A DNA stretch of 64,000 nt from Eledone cirrhosa (taxonomy: Eukaryota): assembly GCA_964016885.1 (NCBI GenBank), contig OZ024743.1, positions 149,420,001 to 149,484,000 of the forward strand. The letters are read 5' to 3'. The translations under genes and the position numbers were made by a program. The notes beneath the pieces were generated by a model. The model worked only from the letters and a program-made list of their open reading frames with translations. It was not told the DNA's origin and searched no databases. Shown here one piece after another: positions 39,533 to 52,829 of the stretch (position 1 is its first letter; each line of letters begins with the position of its first letter).

Positions 39533-40820
39533 CAAGCAGAAGTGCCCGGCGTTGCTCGGAGTTTAATTGCTTTAAAGTACTCTTAATGATTCCACTCAAT
39601 TATGATTATTGAGGCAAAGAAAGTAAATACGGGTAAGGAAGGAAGGGGGTGGGGTAGCGAAAAATTTCAAATGAACAGTGAATAAGTGGAAAGTGAGTAC
39701 TAAGTAAGTTGTATGAAGAATGCACGTCAAATAGTAGGTCAAACCTGTAAGCCAAGCCCGTCTGAGTTATAGCACAAAAGAGCGTAAACAGGGGCGATAA
39801 TTTGGAGCACACTGGAAAAAAAAATCATCAAAATCGGACGTTCCTGAAAAAAGTTTTCAGGAACGTCCGATTTTTTGTCTCATATTGCTAAAAACAAAGA
39901 AAAAAAATGACAAAAAGGACAACAATAAAATATAATGTCTTTGTTGTAATTCAAGTAAATAAATGCTTAAGCGTCGTTATGACTACGTTTGTTGTATAAA
40001 TTCATCTGTTGTTTTTGAATATTTGTTATTTGATTTAAAATGTAATGGTGTAAAATGTAATGGCCAAATACTGATCGTTCTCCGACAGGTTTGCGGTCGT
40101 ACCCCTGGCAGGGGAGACTTCTGGTGTCCTCCGCCCCAGGGTTACCTCTTTACTCACCACCATAGGCGCTGAGCTGGCCAGCCGCAGGTGTGAGCCCCGC
40201 GAGTTGAAGTGGCTTTTCCATCGCGTCTCCCTTGCTGCCCTCCGGGGAAACGCCTTCTCCATTCTGTCCGCCGGGGCTGTGGGTGGTCCCCATCGCGTAC
40301 CGTTGTAGTTGTTGTATACATATATTAACTCACTTAGAAATTTTTTTGAATGAAATGTATTTAGTTTTATCGGCTTTTTAAGTTTTGTTATTTGATGCAT
40401 GAGCGTCGTTATGACTATATTTGTTGTATAAATTGATGTGTTGCTTAGTTTTCAAAGTTTATGTCGCGTTTCTGAACGAAGTTTTGTCGCTGTTAGAGTT
40501 GCAGAGGAGATTGAGAGGGGAGTAGAGGGAGGGATGAACCTTTTAAAGAGAGTTGCAGCGTGTATGTAGTTTCATCGACTTTTTAGGGCAGTAGAGAGAG
40601 GGATTAAGCGTGTAAGAGAGAGGGTTACAGCATGTATTTAGTTGTATCGATTTTTTTCATAGCAGCAGGAAATTTCTGGCAAAGTTTATTACGCGTTGAC
40701 CATCGTTGGTAAATTTGGAGCACATTGGAAAAAATCATCAAAATCGGTAGAGAAATGTGGAAATGCATAAAAATCATACACACACACACAGACAGACATC
40801 TTCCGTTTTATATATATAGA
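39533..40820 (-). mobile_element. Non-autonomous Helitron carrying a CRE-like fragment
   Basis: Starts TCTATATATATAAAA, same CCGAGCAACGCCGGG hairpin, terminus decayed to CTTG; internal similarity to 37762-38922. Confidence 0.75.
40075..40300 (+). pseudogene. CRE-like non-LTR retrotransposon C-terminal fragment
   Basis: SDRFAVVPLAGETSGVL..IGAELASRRCEPRELKWLFHRVSLAALRGNAFSIL; related to 55545-55905. Confidence 0.7.
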
Positions 40821-40824
40821 GATA

Positions 40825-41250
40825 TATCATTATCATCATCATCGTTTAACGTCCACTTTCAATGCTAGCATGGGTTAGATGGTTTGTCCCATTAGAGGCA
40901 AGTTGAATCATGTTATTTTATTTTGCTCATATAGAACTGTTTCTGGCTAGGCTTCTACGGCTGGAGGCCCTTCCAAACATCAACCACATTTACAGTGTGT
41001 GTGCTGCGTACTTCTTGTTGTGACTCCTACACGACCACTTTACAGTGTGGGCTGAGTGCTTTTTGTCATGACTCCCACACGACCAATTTACAGTGTGGCA
41101 CGGATGCTTTTTGTTGTGATACCGACATAACTTTACAGTGTGGATAGAAGTGGATGGTGTGGACTGAAGTAGGTGGGTGTTGGGGCGTGGCGGTGTATGT
41201 AAGCAGGTTTAGTGGTGAAGAGGTGCCTACTAGATGTATGTCTGACTCCC
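40825..41250 (-). mobile_element. RTE LINE 3' UTR
   Basis: Homologous to 27278-27660. Confidence 0.8.
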
Positions 41251-41347
41251 TGCGGATGGGGAGGCATGCATATGCATATACCTGTATATAGACATATATA
41301 TATATGTGTACATATATATATAGAAGTGGTTACACAACAGTTAGTTC

Positions 41348-41399
41348 ACCATATTGAGAACAATTGTTTCACCTTAGCGGATCCTCAGCTCGTAATGGT
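41348..41399 (-). ncRNA. Minimal type I hammerhead ribozyme (PLE pLTR)
   Basis: gag-CTGAGGA-tccgctaaggt-GAAAC-aatt-GTT-ctc; palindromic stem III ACAATTGT. Confidence 0.8.
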
Positions 41400-42746
41400 C
41401 ATGGTTATACGGAATAGGAAGGACAACCGTATGAACGCGCATGCGCAGAAACGGTCACTTCACCCAAGCAATGCCAAACCACGGGCGAAAGGTGTAAGGG
41501 AGATAACTACGAAAGTCCGAAAAGTAGTTCTAGTTAATAAGAAAATTAGGATGTTGTTATTCAATCCGAAGTTTGTAGTTATGTAAAAGATGTTTCCAGA
41601 CATGTGGACAACGTGTGAAGATTTCATTTCTTGAGTTTAAGAAATCGCTATTGCGTAATCTCCTTAGAATATTTATCCGTTCATAAATACATAGTCCACA
41701 AGACGGATTGACCCTTGCGTATGGCTTGGACTTAGTGATGACTTTCCACTGAATGGAGTAGTCTATACTTGAGTTCTTGAGGGACCATACGTAGATCATG
41801 AGTTTCGTGGATGATCGTTTTTCCGGGTACCTAAAGGTCGACTGATGGTTCAGGAAGCGTTCCTTAAATCGGCCCTCCGCCATACTCACATAGGATTTGA
41901 CCTCTTGTGGTTGATTTGGTCGGTTGGAAGTGACCACAGCCTCATAAACTACAGCGGGTGTGTTGCATTGCTGTTGAAGGGGACAAGCTTCAGGCTTTCG
42001 GCAAGAGCACTCTGGTGGGGTGCTGCTTTTACGGATGTTGGTAATGTGGGCCTTCATATTCTTAGCGCAGGAGTACCCTAGTTTTACTCTGTGTCTGTTA
42101 AAGATGGAGCGGTATTTGTGACCTAAATTGTTGATTTCTATGCCCAGGCTACTCCGTTGTTGAAGAGGAGGGTTTTCCGGCAGTGAGCGATGATTTCACT
42201 GTCTAAAACATGAACGGTAGTGTAAATGGTAGCAAAGTCCAACGCTTTGTTTAACAGGGTCTCTGAGATCGACGGGTAAAAATCTACAATGTCGAATTGC
42301 GTGAACTTCGCTTTTTTGGATTTGAAGGAGTTAAACCACTTAATGACGGAGTCGCTGTTCTCCCACTGGGACAGGCTGGACTTGGTCCTAATGGTCTTAA
42401 CTATGTTTCTAAGTATAGCCTTACTGAGTAGTCCCATTATCCGTGCGTACCGGTTTTAGTAGTCTACACGTGGGATTAGAAGTACCTTGTGATCCTTCAG
42501 GGTGACGACCGCCTCACGCTTAGCTAAGCATTGTAGCTTCTTATCTACCTTAAGGGCGGCGACAACGTCTTTGGATTCTGTATTGATGTCGTGGTAGGCC
42601 ATAGGGTTAGCCTTCTTATATTTAGAGGTAATATCGTTGTGGGCCAAGTGGCTGTAAGTAGTGTTGTCGACTTCGTAAACATTATTGGTTTTGCCAGAAA
42701 GAACGAAAGGGTTATTGGAAGACCTATCCAATTCCGTATAACCATG

Positions 42747-42798
42747 ACCATTACGAGCTGAGGATCCACTAAGGTGAAACAATTGTTCTCGGTATGGT
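42747..42798 (+). ncRNA. Minimal type I hammerhead ribozyme (inverted pLTR copy)
   Basis: cgag-CTGAGGA-tccactaaggt-GAAAC-aatt-GTT-ctcg. Confidence 0.8.
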
Positions 42799-42886
42799 GA
42801 ACTAACTGTTGTGTTACCACTTCTACCTAACTCGTCCCATGGACTGAGTGCTCTACCACTACGGATATTACCTTCCAGTGTTCTAC

Positions 42887-42940
<54 letters not shown>

Positions 42941-42949
<9 letters not shown>

Positions 42950-43410
42950 CTCCCTCGTCAGTGATTTGCCAACCATCATTGATATTTCATCGCATTAAAA
43001 TCATATACCTCAGGTTGGTGCGAGCAATAACTGTTTCTCCCCTTCTCACTTCCTCCTGTTTGGCTAGTAGTGGGGTCTCTTCTTGCTCACATCTTACTCA
43101 CGTCGGACGGTCAGTATCTTGATCGCTCATGAAATCCACCCAGCTTATGCTGACCGGATAACCATGTTGCTTGTTTATTTTCCTATCTTAGGTTTGCTTT
43201 TATCCTTCTATGTTGTTTACTTGTCTCACTCGCTTTACGCGATTTACTTGTCCCAATAGCTTTTTTTAGTTATTGCTCGCACAAACCTGAGGTATATGAT
43301 TTTTAATGCGATGAAATATCAATGATGGTTGGCAAATCACTGACGAGGGACTAATTTTATCATATGTAACCCATGTGCAACCACACAGTATTCTTCTTTC
43401 TTCTCATGTT
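42941..43410 (+). mobile_element. Non-coding element with ~90-nt inverted repeats and strand-reordered hammerhead-like motif
   Basis: 42941-43032 is the reverse complement of 43269-43360; starts in (TA)n; diverged homologue of the 62-kb repeats. Confidence 0.7.
43250..43351 (+). ncRNA. Structured RNA with hammerhead core strands in reversed order
   Basis: ggtaT-A-tgattt ... tGAA-Atatc ... aaatca-CTGACGA-gggac; covaries with the 62-kb copies. Confidence 0.6.
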
Positions 43411-43413
43411 TTA

Positions 43414-44610
43414 TATGGAAGCAGGGACTAGAGAGAAAGGGCCTCAAAGTCAACATGACAAAGACTAAGGTCCTTATAAGTAGACGAGAAAACAGAACCC
43501 AGATCCCCTCAGGGAAATGGCCTTGCTCAGTATGTAGGAAAGGTGTAGGTAGGAACTCCATTCTTTGCCCCAAATGCAAACAATGGGTACACAAGAGATG
43601 TAGCGGGATCTCAGGAAGCTTAATTAAGAATGTAGGATTCACATGCAGCAGCTGTGCTGAAACAGCAAGCAAACAGCCACAGGAAACAAGTACCACCAAT
43701 CTCTGGGAGGGCCCTGTAGAAACAGTAGACAGCTTCTGCTACCTAGGTGACCGAATTAGCAACGGAGGTGGGTGCTCAGAAAGTACAATAACTAGGGTAA
43801 GAACGGGATGGAAGAAGTTTAGGGAACTACTACCACTGCTAGCTGCAAAAGGCTTCTCCCTCAGAATGAAAGGCAGACTGTATGATGCGTGTATCCGAAC
43901 AGCGATGTTGCATGGTAGTGAGACCTGGGCGCTGAAGGTGGAAGACTTACGTAGATTAGAGAGAAACGAAGCCTGCATGCTCCGATGGATGTGTAACAGT
44001 AATATACGTGAACGACAAAGCATAAATGAATTGAGAGAGAGACTGAGCATAAGAGGAATCAAATGCTGCGTGCAGGAGAGGCGGTTACGCTGGTATGGAC
44101 ATGTGATGCGTATGAAGGATGACAGCTGCATAAAAAGGTGCAGAGCACTAGAAGTTGATGGAAACCGCGGAGTGGGGAGACCCAAGATGACTTGGGATGA
44201 GGTGATAAAAGCCGACCTTACCCAACTACACCTCTCAAAGTCAATGACACACGACCGTGACTTCTGGCGTCACGCAGTAATACAGAGTACCCGACCTCCC
44301 ATGGGTACATGCTGAAGCATATAAACAATATGCCCCCCCCCCCCCCCCACCGCAAGGTGGTCGTGGAGGTGCCACGGCAAAAAAGCACCCAGCCCACACT
44401 GTAAAGTGGACGTGTAGGCGCCACGAAAAAGCACCCAGCACTCACTGTAAATGAGGTTGGTGTTAGGAAGGGCATCCAGCTGTAGAAATCAAGCCAGATC
44501 AGTTCCTGTATGAGCAAGGCATGGTCAGCCGACCAGACACTGCCCACAACAGGACAACCCGTCTAACCCATGCTAGCGTGGAAGAACGGACGTAAAACGG
44601 TGATGATGAT
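43414..44610 (+). mobile_element. RTE LINE, 5'-truncated (PHD finger plus RT C-terminus, 3' UTR)
   Basis: ORF 43455-44315 closely matches C-terminal third of the 27679 ORF; (GAT)n tail into (TA)n. Confidence 0.93.
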
Positions 44611-44974
44611 ATATATATATATATATATATATATTTGTATGTATGTATGTATGTATGTATTTATATGTGTGTGTGTATATATATATATATATAATTATAT
44701 ATATGTGGATATATAAATATATATTATGTATGTATGTATATATGTATATATATACATATTGTATATATATTTATATATAGTAGCATGGTTAATATTTGTG
44801 CATGTATGTATGCATGTATAAGCATGTGCACATTATATTTGTGTTTGCGTTGGTATAAAATCTACTTTGAAATATTTAGCAAAATGTTTTGAATAAGTAA
44901 TAGGTTTATCCATTTATCGTTGATATAAAATATCATTACAAAACTGGCTCCATCTCAGAATTCCTTTTTTCTCT

Positions 44975-45492
44975 GTGTATATGTTTGTATGTTTATGTTT
45001 GTGATGTGTATGTGTATGTAAGTTATATATGTATGTATTTATGTATGTGTGCGTATGTATGTATGTAGGTATGTATGTATCTATGTATTTGTTTATGTAT
45101 GTATATTTTTATGTATGTATGTTTGTATTCCTGTATATATGTATATATGTATGTATCAGTGTATGTGTTTACATATGTAAGTATCAGTGTATGTGTTTAT
45201 ATGTGTATGTTTGTATTTATGTATGTATGTATGTAGGCATGTATTTATATGTGTTTATGTATGTATGTATGTAGGCATGTATTTATATGTGTTTATGTAT
45301 GTATGTATGTAGGCATGTATTTATATGTGTTTATGTATGTATGTATGTTTCTATATATGTTTGTATGTATGTATGTTTGTATGTATGTTTCTATGTATGT
45401 TTGTATGCATGTATGTTCGTATGTATGTGTATATGCATATATATATGTGTGTGTGTCTATGTGTGTATGTATGTATGTTTGTATGTATGTTG
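44975..45492. repeat. Degenerate (TATG)n tract
   Basis: Seen directly. Confidence 0.9.
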
Positions 45493-45880
45493 TCCAAGTG
45501 TTTATGGAAAATGTATTGAATTATATTTTTATCATGTTATTCTTTATAAAAAATATGTGATTTTTTTTTACAAATTTTTACAACTTAAGAATTTTTTATA
45601 AATACTCTCAATTTCTTCATAAGACAGATCTAGCTGAATTTAATATTCTAGCAACAAATATTGCTATTTAAAATTAATTAATGAAATAAAATATACAATG
45701 AGTGAATTTTGCCTGAATATGTACAATTTTAAGAAAAGAGAAAGAGGGATAGAAAGATAGGAATTCAAAGGATTGTTGAAATATCAAAACAGTGACAAAA
45801 GATCATTTTAATATATATACATACATACATATGCATATATATATATATATACATATATATGTATATATGCATTTATATAC

Positions 45881-45998
<118 letters not shown>

Positions 45999-46005
45999 TT
46001 ATATA

Positions 46006-46060
<55 letters not shown>

Positions 46061-46066
<6 letters not shown>

Positions 46067-46256
46067 AAATGTATGATGCCGACGGCAGAGCTCAAGCCAT
46101 TTCGACAGCTATTTCTCGACGTCCAGAAATAGCCCTTGAAACGGCTTGACTCTGCCGTCGGGGTCATACATTTTCCTATTACCCACTCTACTACCCTAAG
46201 TATTGAGTACTCTGGTGCGTTATGGTCCTTCTGGTTCCTTACCACAACTCCTTTGT
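46061..46256 (+). mobile_element. Fold-back mini-element with hammerhead 3' half
   Basis: ~120-nt hairpin 46061-46179; right arm GAA-ACGGC(ttgactct)GCCGT-C; between (TA)n tracts. Confidence 0.55.
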
Positions 46257-46340
46257 TATATATATATATATATATATACCCTGCTAGCAGTAAAAGTGGG
46301 CGTTAAAATGACGATGATGATGATGATGATGTTGATGATG

Positions 46341-46395
<55 letters not shown>

Positions 46396-46537
46396 CACTC
46401 AACAAATATTTATAACAGTTATAAAAATATTTGCTTGTTGTATCCCAACAATTTAAATAGAACTTTACATATATATATATATACACACACATATATATAC
46501 ACATATATAATATATATATATATACACACATATATAT

Positions 46538-46586
<49 letters not shown>

Positions 46587-47061
46587 AACAAGAAATAGTC
46601 CTCAAAAATAGTTTTTATCTTTGACTGTGAGAACCATTCCAACCCATACCAATGGACATCAAATGATGAGGATAACGTTAGATTATGAAAAACCTTATAT
46701 TTTTATATCTTTTCCAGCACTTGTGATAGTCTAAGTGTTATATATATATATCATATATACATGACAAATTTCATCCAGATACACTTCTCTATTTTATACA
46801 CACAAACACATATATTTAATGGTAATACTTGAAATTTTTTATTTGATTTCACTCATATGCATATATATAATATGTATGTAATGCAATAATAATTGTAATA
46901 TCTCCCAATGGGAAATTAAACAAGGGGCTGTATAGTACGATTCCTATCAGAGATTATTATATTTTGTCTCTTGAATTTTATTGTTCACATATGTGTGTCA
47001 TTTAGTTTATATCAAGTGCCTTATATATGTATATATATAATACATATTTATAATATATATG

Positions 47062-47705
<644 letters not shown>

Positions 47706-47916
47706 TCATTATCATCATCATCATTGTTGAACTTCTATTTTCCATGCTAACATGGGTTAGAAGGGTTTGTCCCGTTAGAGGCAAGTTGGATCAGGTGACC
47801 GCGTCTTGCTGATATAGAACTGTTACAGGCTAGATTTCTACAGCTGGGTGCCCACCTACACAACCACTTTACAGTGTAGGCTGGGTACTTTTTGTTGACA
47901 TCTTCACACACATACA

Positions 47917-47987
<71 letters not shown>

Positions 47988-47990
<3 letters not shown>

Positions 47991-48280
47991 AGGTGAGGAT
48001 AAGCAAAAAATTATCTGCACTTTCACCATCAGCTATCTGTCTTCTGCTCATGTGTGGTCACGTGATCTAAGTTTGAGCTTGTTCGCACCAGTTTTCTTGC
48101 TGCTCTGACAGTATAAATATGGCCATTCTGCTAGCTTTGTTCATCAATGAGGAACAAAGTGATCCGATTTCTCTGGTTGAAACCATTACCCAATTAGATT
48201 TTGAGGTGCTGGAACACCCTGCCTACAGCCCAGATATTGCAGCTTCTGGCTACCATCTCTTTGAACCGCTCAAAGGTGCC
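47988..48280 (+). pseudogene. Mariner transposon remnant
   Basis: FEVLEHPAYSPDIAASGYHLFEPLK matches the mariner HPPYSPDLAPSDYHLF motif. Confidence 0.8.
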
Positions 48281-49876
48281 GGACAGCCGAGCTCCAGCCG
48301 TTTTGACAGCTAGATTCAAACTGTATACATACATATACATACATATATATATATCTATAGCATTTCACTCTAGTAGCTACTACCTTCTGATCACCTCCTC
48401 CACTACCAATTCTTAGCTATTCTCTCCATAACTACACTCCCTCCTTTCTAACACTGGTGATTTCCTTCTGCACTACACCATCCACACACCCCACCACTAT
48501 CTCTGATTAGGTATTCTCATTACCTCTAGATTCCTTCTCCTCCTATACTGTCAAATGTCACCCCTTTCCCATCTCATAACCCTGTCAAATCACACCACAG
48601 GTGCCATACATCCATAGCTTCAAACCTATTTCCTTTCACCTCTTGCCTCCCCCAACCCCAACACAGCAGAACAACAGAAAGGTTTTTTCACTTGGGACAA
48701 TAGTCAACAACCTCTCTAGTGTTCTTGCCACCAAAATGCATTTCCTACACTCTGTAAGGTGGTGGCAATGGGAAGGGCACCAGCTGTAGAAACCATGACT
48801 AAAAGAGTTGAGAGCACCCTTCTGTTTTGTTAAGGGCACATTCTTTCTAGAGCTGTTGATCTACATGATAAACATATCCAATACACTCTGTAAAGTGATT
48901 GATCAAAGGAAAGGCATCCAACTGTAAAATGCATGCCAAATAAAGTTGTGGGAGGACCTTTCAGTTGTGTTAAAGGCATGACAACCTCTCTAATGCTGAA
49001 GTCATGATAAAGTTATATATATGTGTGTATGTATACACACACATATATTAAACAAACCAAATATATTTTCTTTACCTTCTCTGGGCATTTATGTGTTTCT
49101 GAGATGGAAACATTTACAAAAGTTATATGAACATGCACTATTTTATCAGCAGGATAAGAAAGAAATTCTAGGGAGAATTCTATTCTTTAAACACACTCTG
49201 GTCCTAAAACCGAATGTATACAAAAACACTAAAATCTCTAAATCTGAAATAGGTTTTCTTCGTTTGTACAATTTCATATCATTAAAACTGACATAATAAA
49301 CAGCTTCGAAAAGTATTACTTAGATATGTGCTTCTATAGTATATACAGCATTAAAGCCTTCATAATTATCATAGCTGGATTAAGCTCTAGGCACTTAAAA
49401 GATTTTGGTGGCCCTCATATATAAAGTCTACAAAACGATTTTTTTATTTTTGCAATGTCAAATACATTTGATTTGAATCAGGTGGTGCCCTCTTCCCTTG
49501 ACACGCTAAGCACGTGCTTTTTTTTTATACATGCAGCCACCATAACATCTAAGTGCTTAAGACCTCAAAAGGACTTGATCTGGTCCTGGTATGGCCACCT
49601 ATATTGCATAGGATTGCTAGATTATCATCTCTGTACAATTTGGGGCCATGAGGATGGTTTGCTTTCTGAGAATGTCATGAATAAACAGTTACCAATATTT
49701 TTGACATAGGAGATATCTTCATAGCATAACTGTGATTTCCAGTAAGAAATCCAAAATATGCTACAGGTTCATACCTGTGTGAATGTGTATGTATTTATAC
49801 ACACACACATATGATACATGTATATACACATAAATTCTGGCTTACATATTCATACACGCAAAATATATGCATACAC

Positions 49877-50059
49877 TTACCCTTTCTGTTCAAACCGGCC
49901 ATAACTGGCCACTCATACTGATGTTAAGGTATTGTTCTCAAAATAAATAGCATCAAAATCTCATAGATTCCATATTATGTGAGATAATTATATAAGATAA
50001 AGCCTTTACCGCAAAAATACAATAGTATATATCGAGTAATGTAAATGCTAAAGGGTTAA
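49877..50059. mobile_element. piggyBac-like MITE (decayed)
   Basis: ttaCCCTTT ... AAAGGGttaa termini. Confidence 0.4.
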
Positions 50060-50089
50060 ATTGTGACAACAAAAAGGACTTTTCTTTAT

Positions 50090-50570
50090 CTTGTTGCATG
50101 GTAAATGCACATGTTATCTCAGCTGATGTCCCACATTCTTATCAACTGAAGGAAAAATTGCCAAATGAGATGGTGCCATTTCTAAAATATTTAAAAGTAG
50201 TTATATAGATGGAAAAAGTGTCATGAACAATGTGATGGACTGCTATTCAATCTACTTGCATGGAATGTGTACAATATAAACGTCTAAGCAGAGAAATCAC
50301 ACAAATAATGATATTGAAGCTTGCCATTTTGTTCCTACTGTTAGAGTACACTTAAAAGTTTATTCTGTGCTGGATTCTATACCCAAAGAACAGTATCTTG
50401 TTGATGCCCAGATATCTATTCTATGAAGTGATGGTTTTATGTCAAAGAGAGTTAAAAACTTTATTTCCTCAAAATGAATTCAAATTGTTGTTAGATTACG
50501 CACATAGGGAGATTGCAGATTATCATCACGATATTGTAAATAATCTTGGATATAAAGGAAATTTCCATTT
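50090..50570 (+). pseudogene. Possible MULE transposase remnant
   Basis: Frameshifted WNVY..HTNNDIEACH resembles the WN...RTNNxxExWH motif. Confidence 0.4.
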
Positions 50571-50835
50571 TTGTGAACTTTTTTTTTTGTTTTAATTACA
50601 TATATTTTCTCATGAAATTAAAATAAGTGGACTGAGAAAAAATTGAAAATATACTTAATTTAATAAAATAATTTATTCTTATCCTTATAAAATGATAAAA
50701 GTTAAAACAATTTCTCAGCATTAAATTTCTATATATTTCTACTTTTTCTACAAATATATCTTCTGACTAAAATATCTGTCAGTCAATCAATTTGTTTACA
50801 TTGTATATGCGGTATCCTATCTCTCTATCTATATA

Positions 50836-51078
50836 CATCATCATCATCGTTTAACATCTATTTTCAATGGGTATTTTCATGGGTAAGATGGGTTGTCCCA
50901 TTAAAGGCAATTTGGGTCGGGTGACCATGTCTTGCTCATATAGGACTGTTTCTGGCTAGGTTTCTATGGCTGGATGCCCTTCCTAATGCCAACCACATTC
51001 ACAGTGTGTGCTGGGTATTTTTTGTCGTGACACCTACACAACCAGCTTACAGTGTCGGCTGGATGCTTTTTGATGTGA
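50836..51078 (-). mobile_element. RTE-type 3' end
   Basis: Homologous to 27278-27535; similar copy at 47703-47900. Confidence 0.8.
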
Positions 51079-52599
51079 TATATATATATATCATCACCAT
51101 CCTTTTTTAATCAATGCTCCATGCCTGCATGGATTGACTCAGTCTCTACCAGCACAACTGTCCTCAAATTTTTGCGTTCTTTCAACATCACCTCTGTGAA
51201 TTTCAAGGATTTGAGATATTGGCTCTAATGTAGTACAACTGGGAGCAGACATGGTTCTCAAGCCACCAATGTGACTACATCCAATGTTGTGGTGGTTGAA
51301 GTACTTAAGGGGTGGGATCTTGGTTGTCCTACCATATTCATATATGCCTTCATTTTGACAGCCCACATCATTTTGGAGAAAAGAGAACCATTGATGGTTG
51401 ATAATCATTCTGGGTATTTCAACTTTTAAAAGATGAATAACATTTTTTTCTGTATAATAAAGATGTGTGTACCTATTTCGAGTTTATAACTCAATATTTG
51501 ATATCCACGGCTCCATGCATTGAGCTAATTTTTTAGTCCCATAAAACCGACTGCTATTTTTAGCAGCACGGATGGATATGAGACGAGTTAGGTGCTGGGA
51601 CACACGTGCATTCAACAACACATGTTTCTCAGTCTTCTTAAGTATTTTGAAGTGGAAGGTACCAATTTCTGGATACCTGCAGAAGAGCACAGGAATAGTA
51701 ACTTTCACTTAATTGTTGCGAAACAAATTTTAAAATTTGTCAAACAGATTTAAAGTTTGTCCAGGTATCATGGCCATTGCCAATATAGGTTTGTTATTTT
51801 TATTGATTTATTATTTTAAATCGAGACAGGCAAACCATATGTTAAATTAGTATTTTTTCAACCTAGCTAACTTGGTCATTTGCAATCCGAACACTTCTAT
51901 AATTGTATAGATGTTCATCCCTCATATATTCATTTGTATTACACAGCTCAGAAATATTCCCTTCTTTGCGCTATTTAATTGTAAAAGACTCAATATTTGA
52001 TATATATATATATTAAAAACTACCCGATTGAGTGCTTATTCGATTTGTGCTATCTATGCAATTTTTTGTATGATATACACATACTGAATTCATTTGCCAA
52101 AATCTGGGGAATTTTCACCTTGTGACTTACGCATGTGCTTTTACAAAGTTCTGCGTCACTCGCAAAGTTGGTTACAGAGCAAAATTACCTGTTGATAACG
52201 TGATATTCCTTGTTCGATCTTTATGCTGAAAGCTTATAGTTTTAAGCAGACAGTATTATTGATTTAGGTGTCATAGAAACCCTGCATTTGGATTTTACCA
52301 TCAATTCCATTTGGGTCCAGGTCTGTTTTTATCATTTATTTTGTTTGACCTGTTTAGCTTGATTTGTTTTTTGGCTTAGGTGGTTAATGCTCTCTTAACC
52401 ACTTTTTCAGTTTGTATGGCGTTTTAACATATTGTTTAGCTCTAGTTTCTTAACTATTGGAGCGCTTGCCAGCATTTCTACTATTTTGCGTTTCGTTTCG
52501 CTTTTTCTACCAGCCGAAATACGATTCTCACTAAATTTATATTTTTATATTTATATATATGCATATACATATATATATATGTGTGTGTGTGTGTGCACA

Positions 52600-52795
52600 T
52601 GTCTAGGGTTCAATCGGGTGTAATCACAATTAGTAAGGTACTCAATACATTAGTAGAGTGTAAACATTATGTTTAATATAGAAATGCTCCTACAGGACAA
52701 GAACTGTTTCATTCAAAAGAAATCACCACGAAAGCCCTGATGATTTCTTTTGAATGAAAGTTCTAGTCCTGTAGAAGCCATTTCTATATTAAACA

Positions 52796-52798
<3 letters not shown>
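52600..52798. mobile_element. Fold-back PLE-like mini-element with decayed hammerheads
   Basis: Hairpin 52669-52796 with both arms matching the 39445-39491 ribozyme; related copy at 56290-56395. Confidence 0.65.

Positions 52799-52828
<30 letters not shown>

Positions 52829-52829
<1 letters not shown>

Larger units (their letters stand above)
41322..42823 (-). mobile_element. Penelope-like element, internally deleted, with inverted terminal repeats
   Basis: RT pieces (TLKDHK, QFDIVDFYPSISE), GIY-YIG ORF 41557-42057 (CSCR..CPL..VVYEAVV..YVSMAEGRFKERF..CGLC..NSRNE); ~100-nt inverted repeats 41322-41416 / 42730-42824. Confidence 0.92.

Noticed and set aside
51139-51708. Coding-like minus-strand ORFs
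   Set aside because: No recognisable motif; cannot assign
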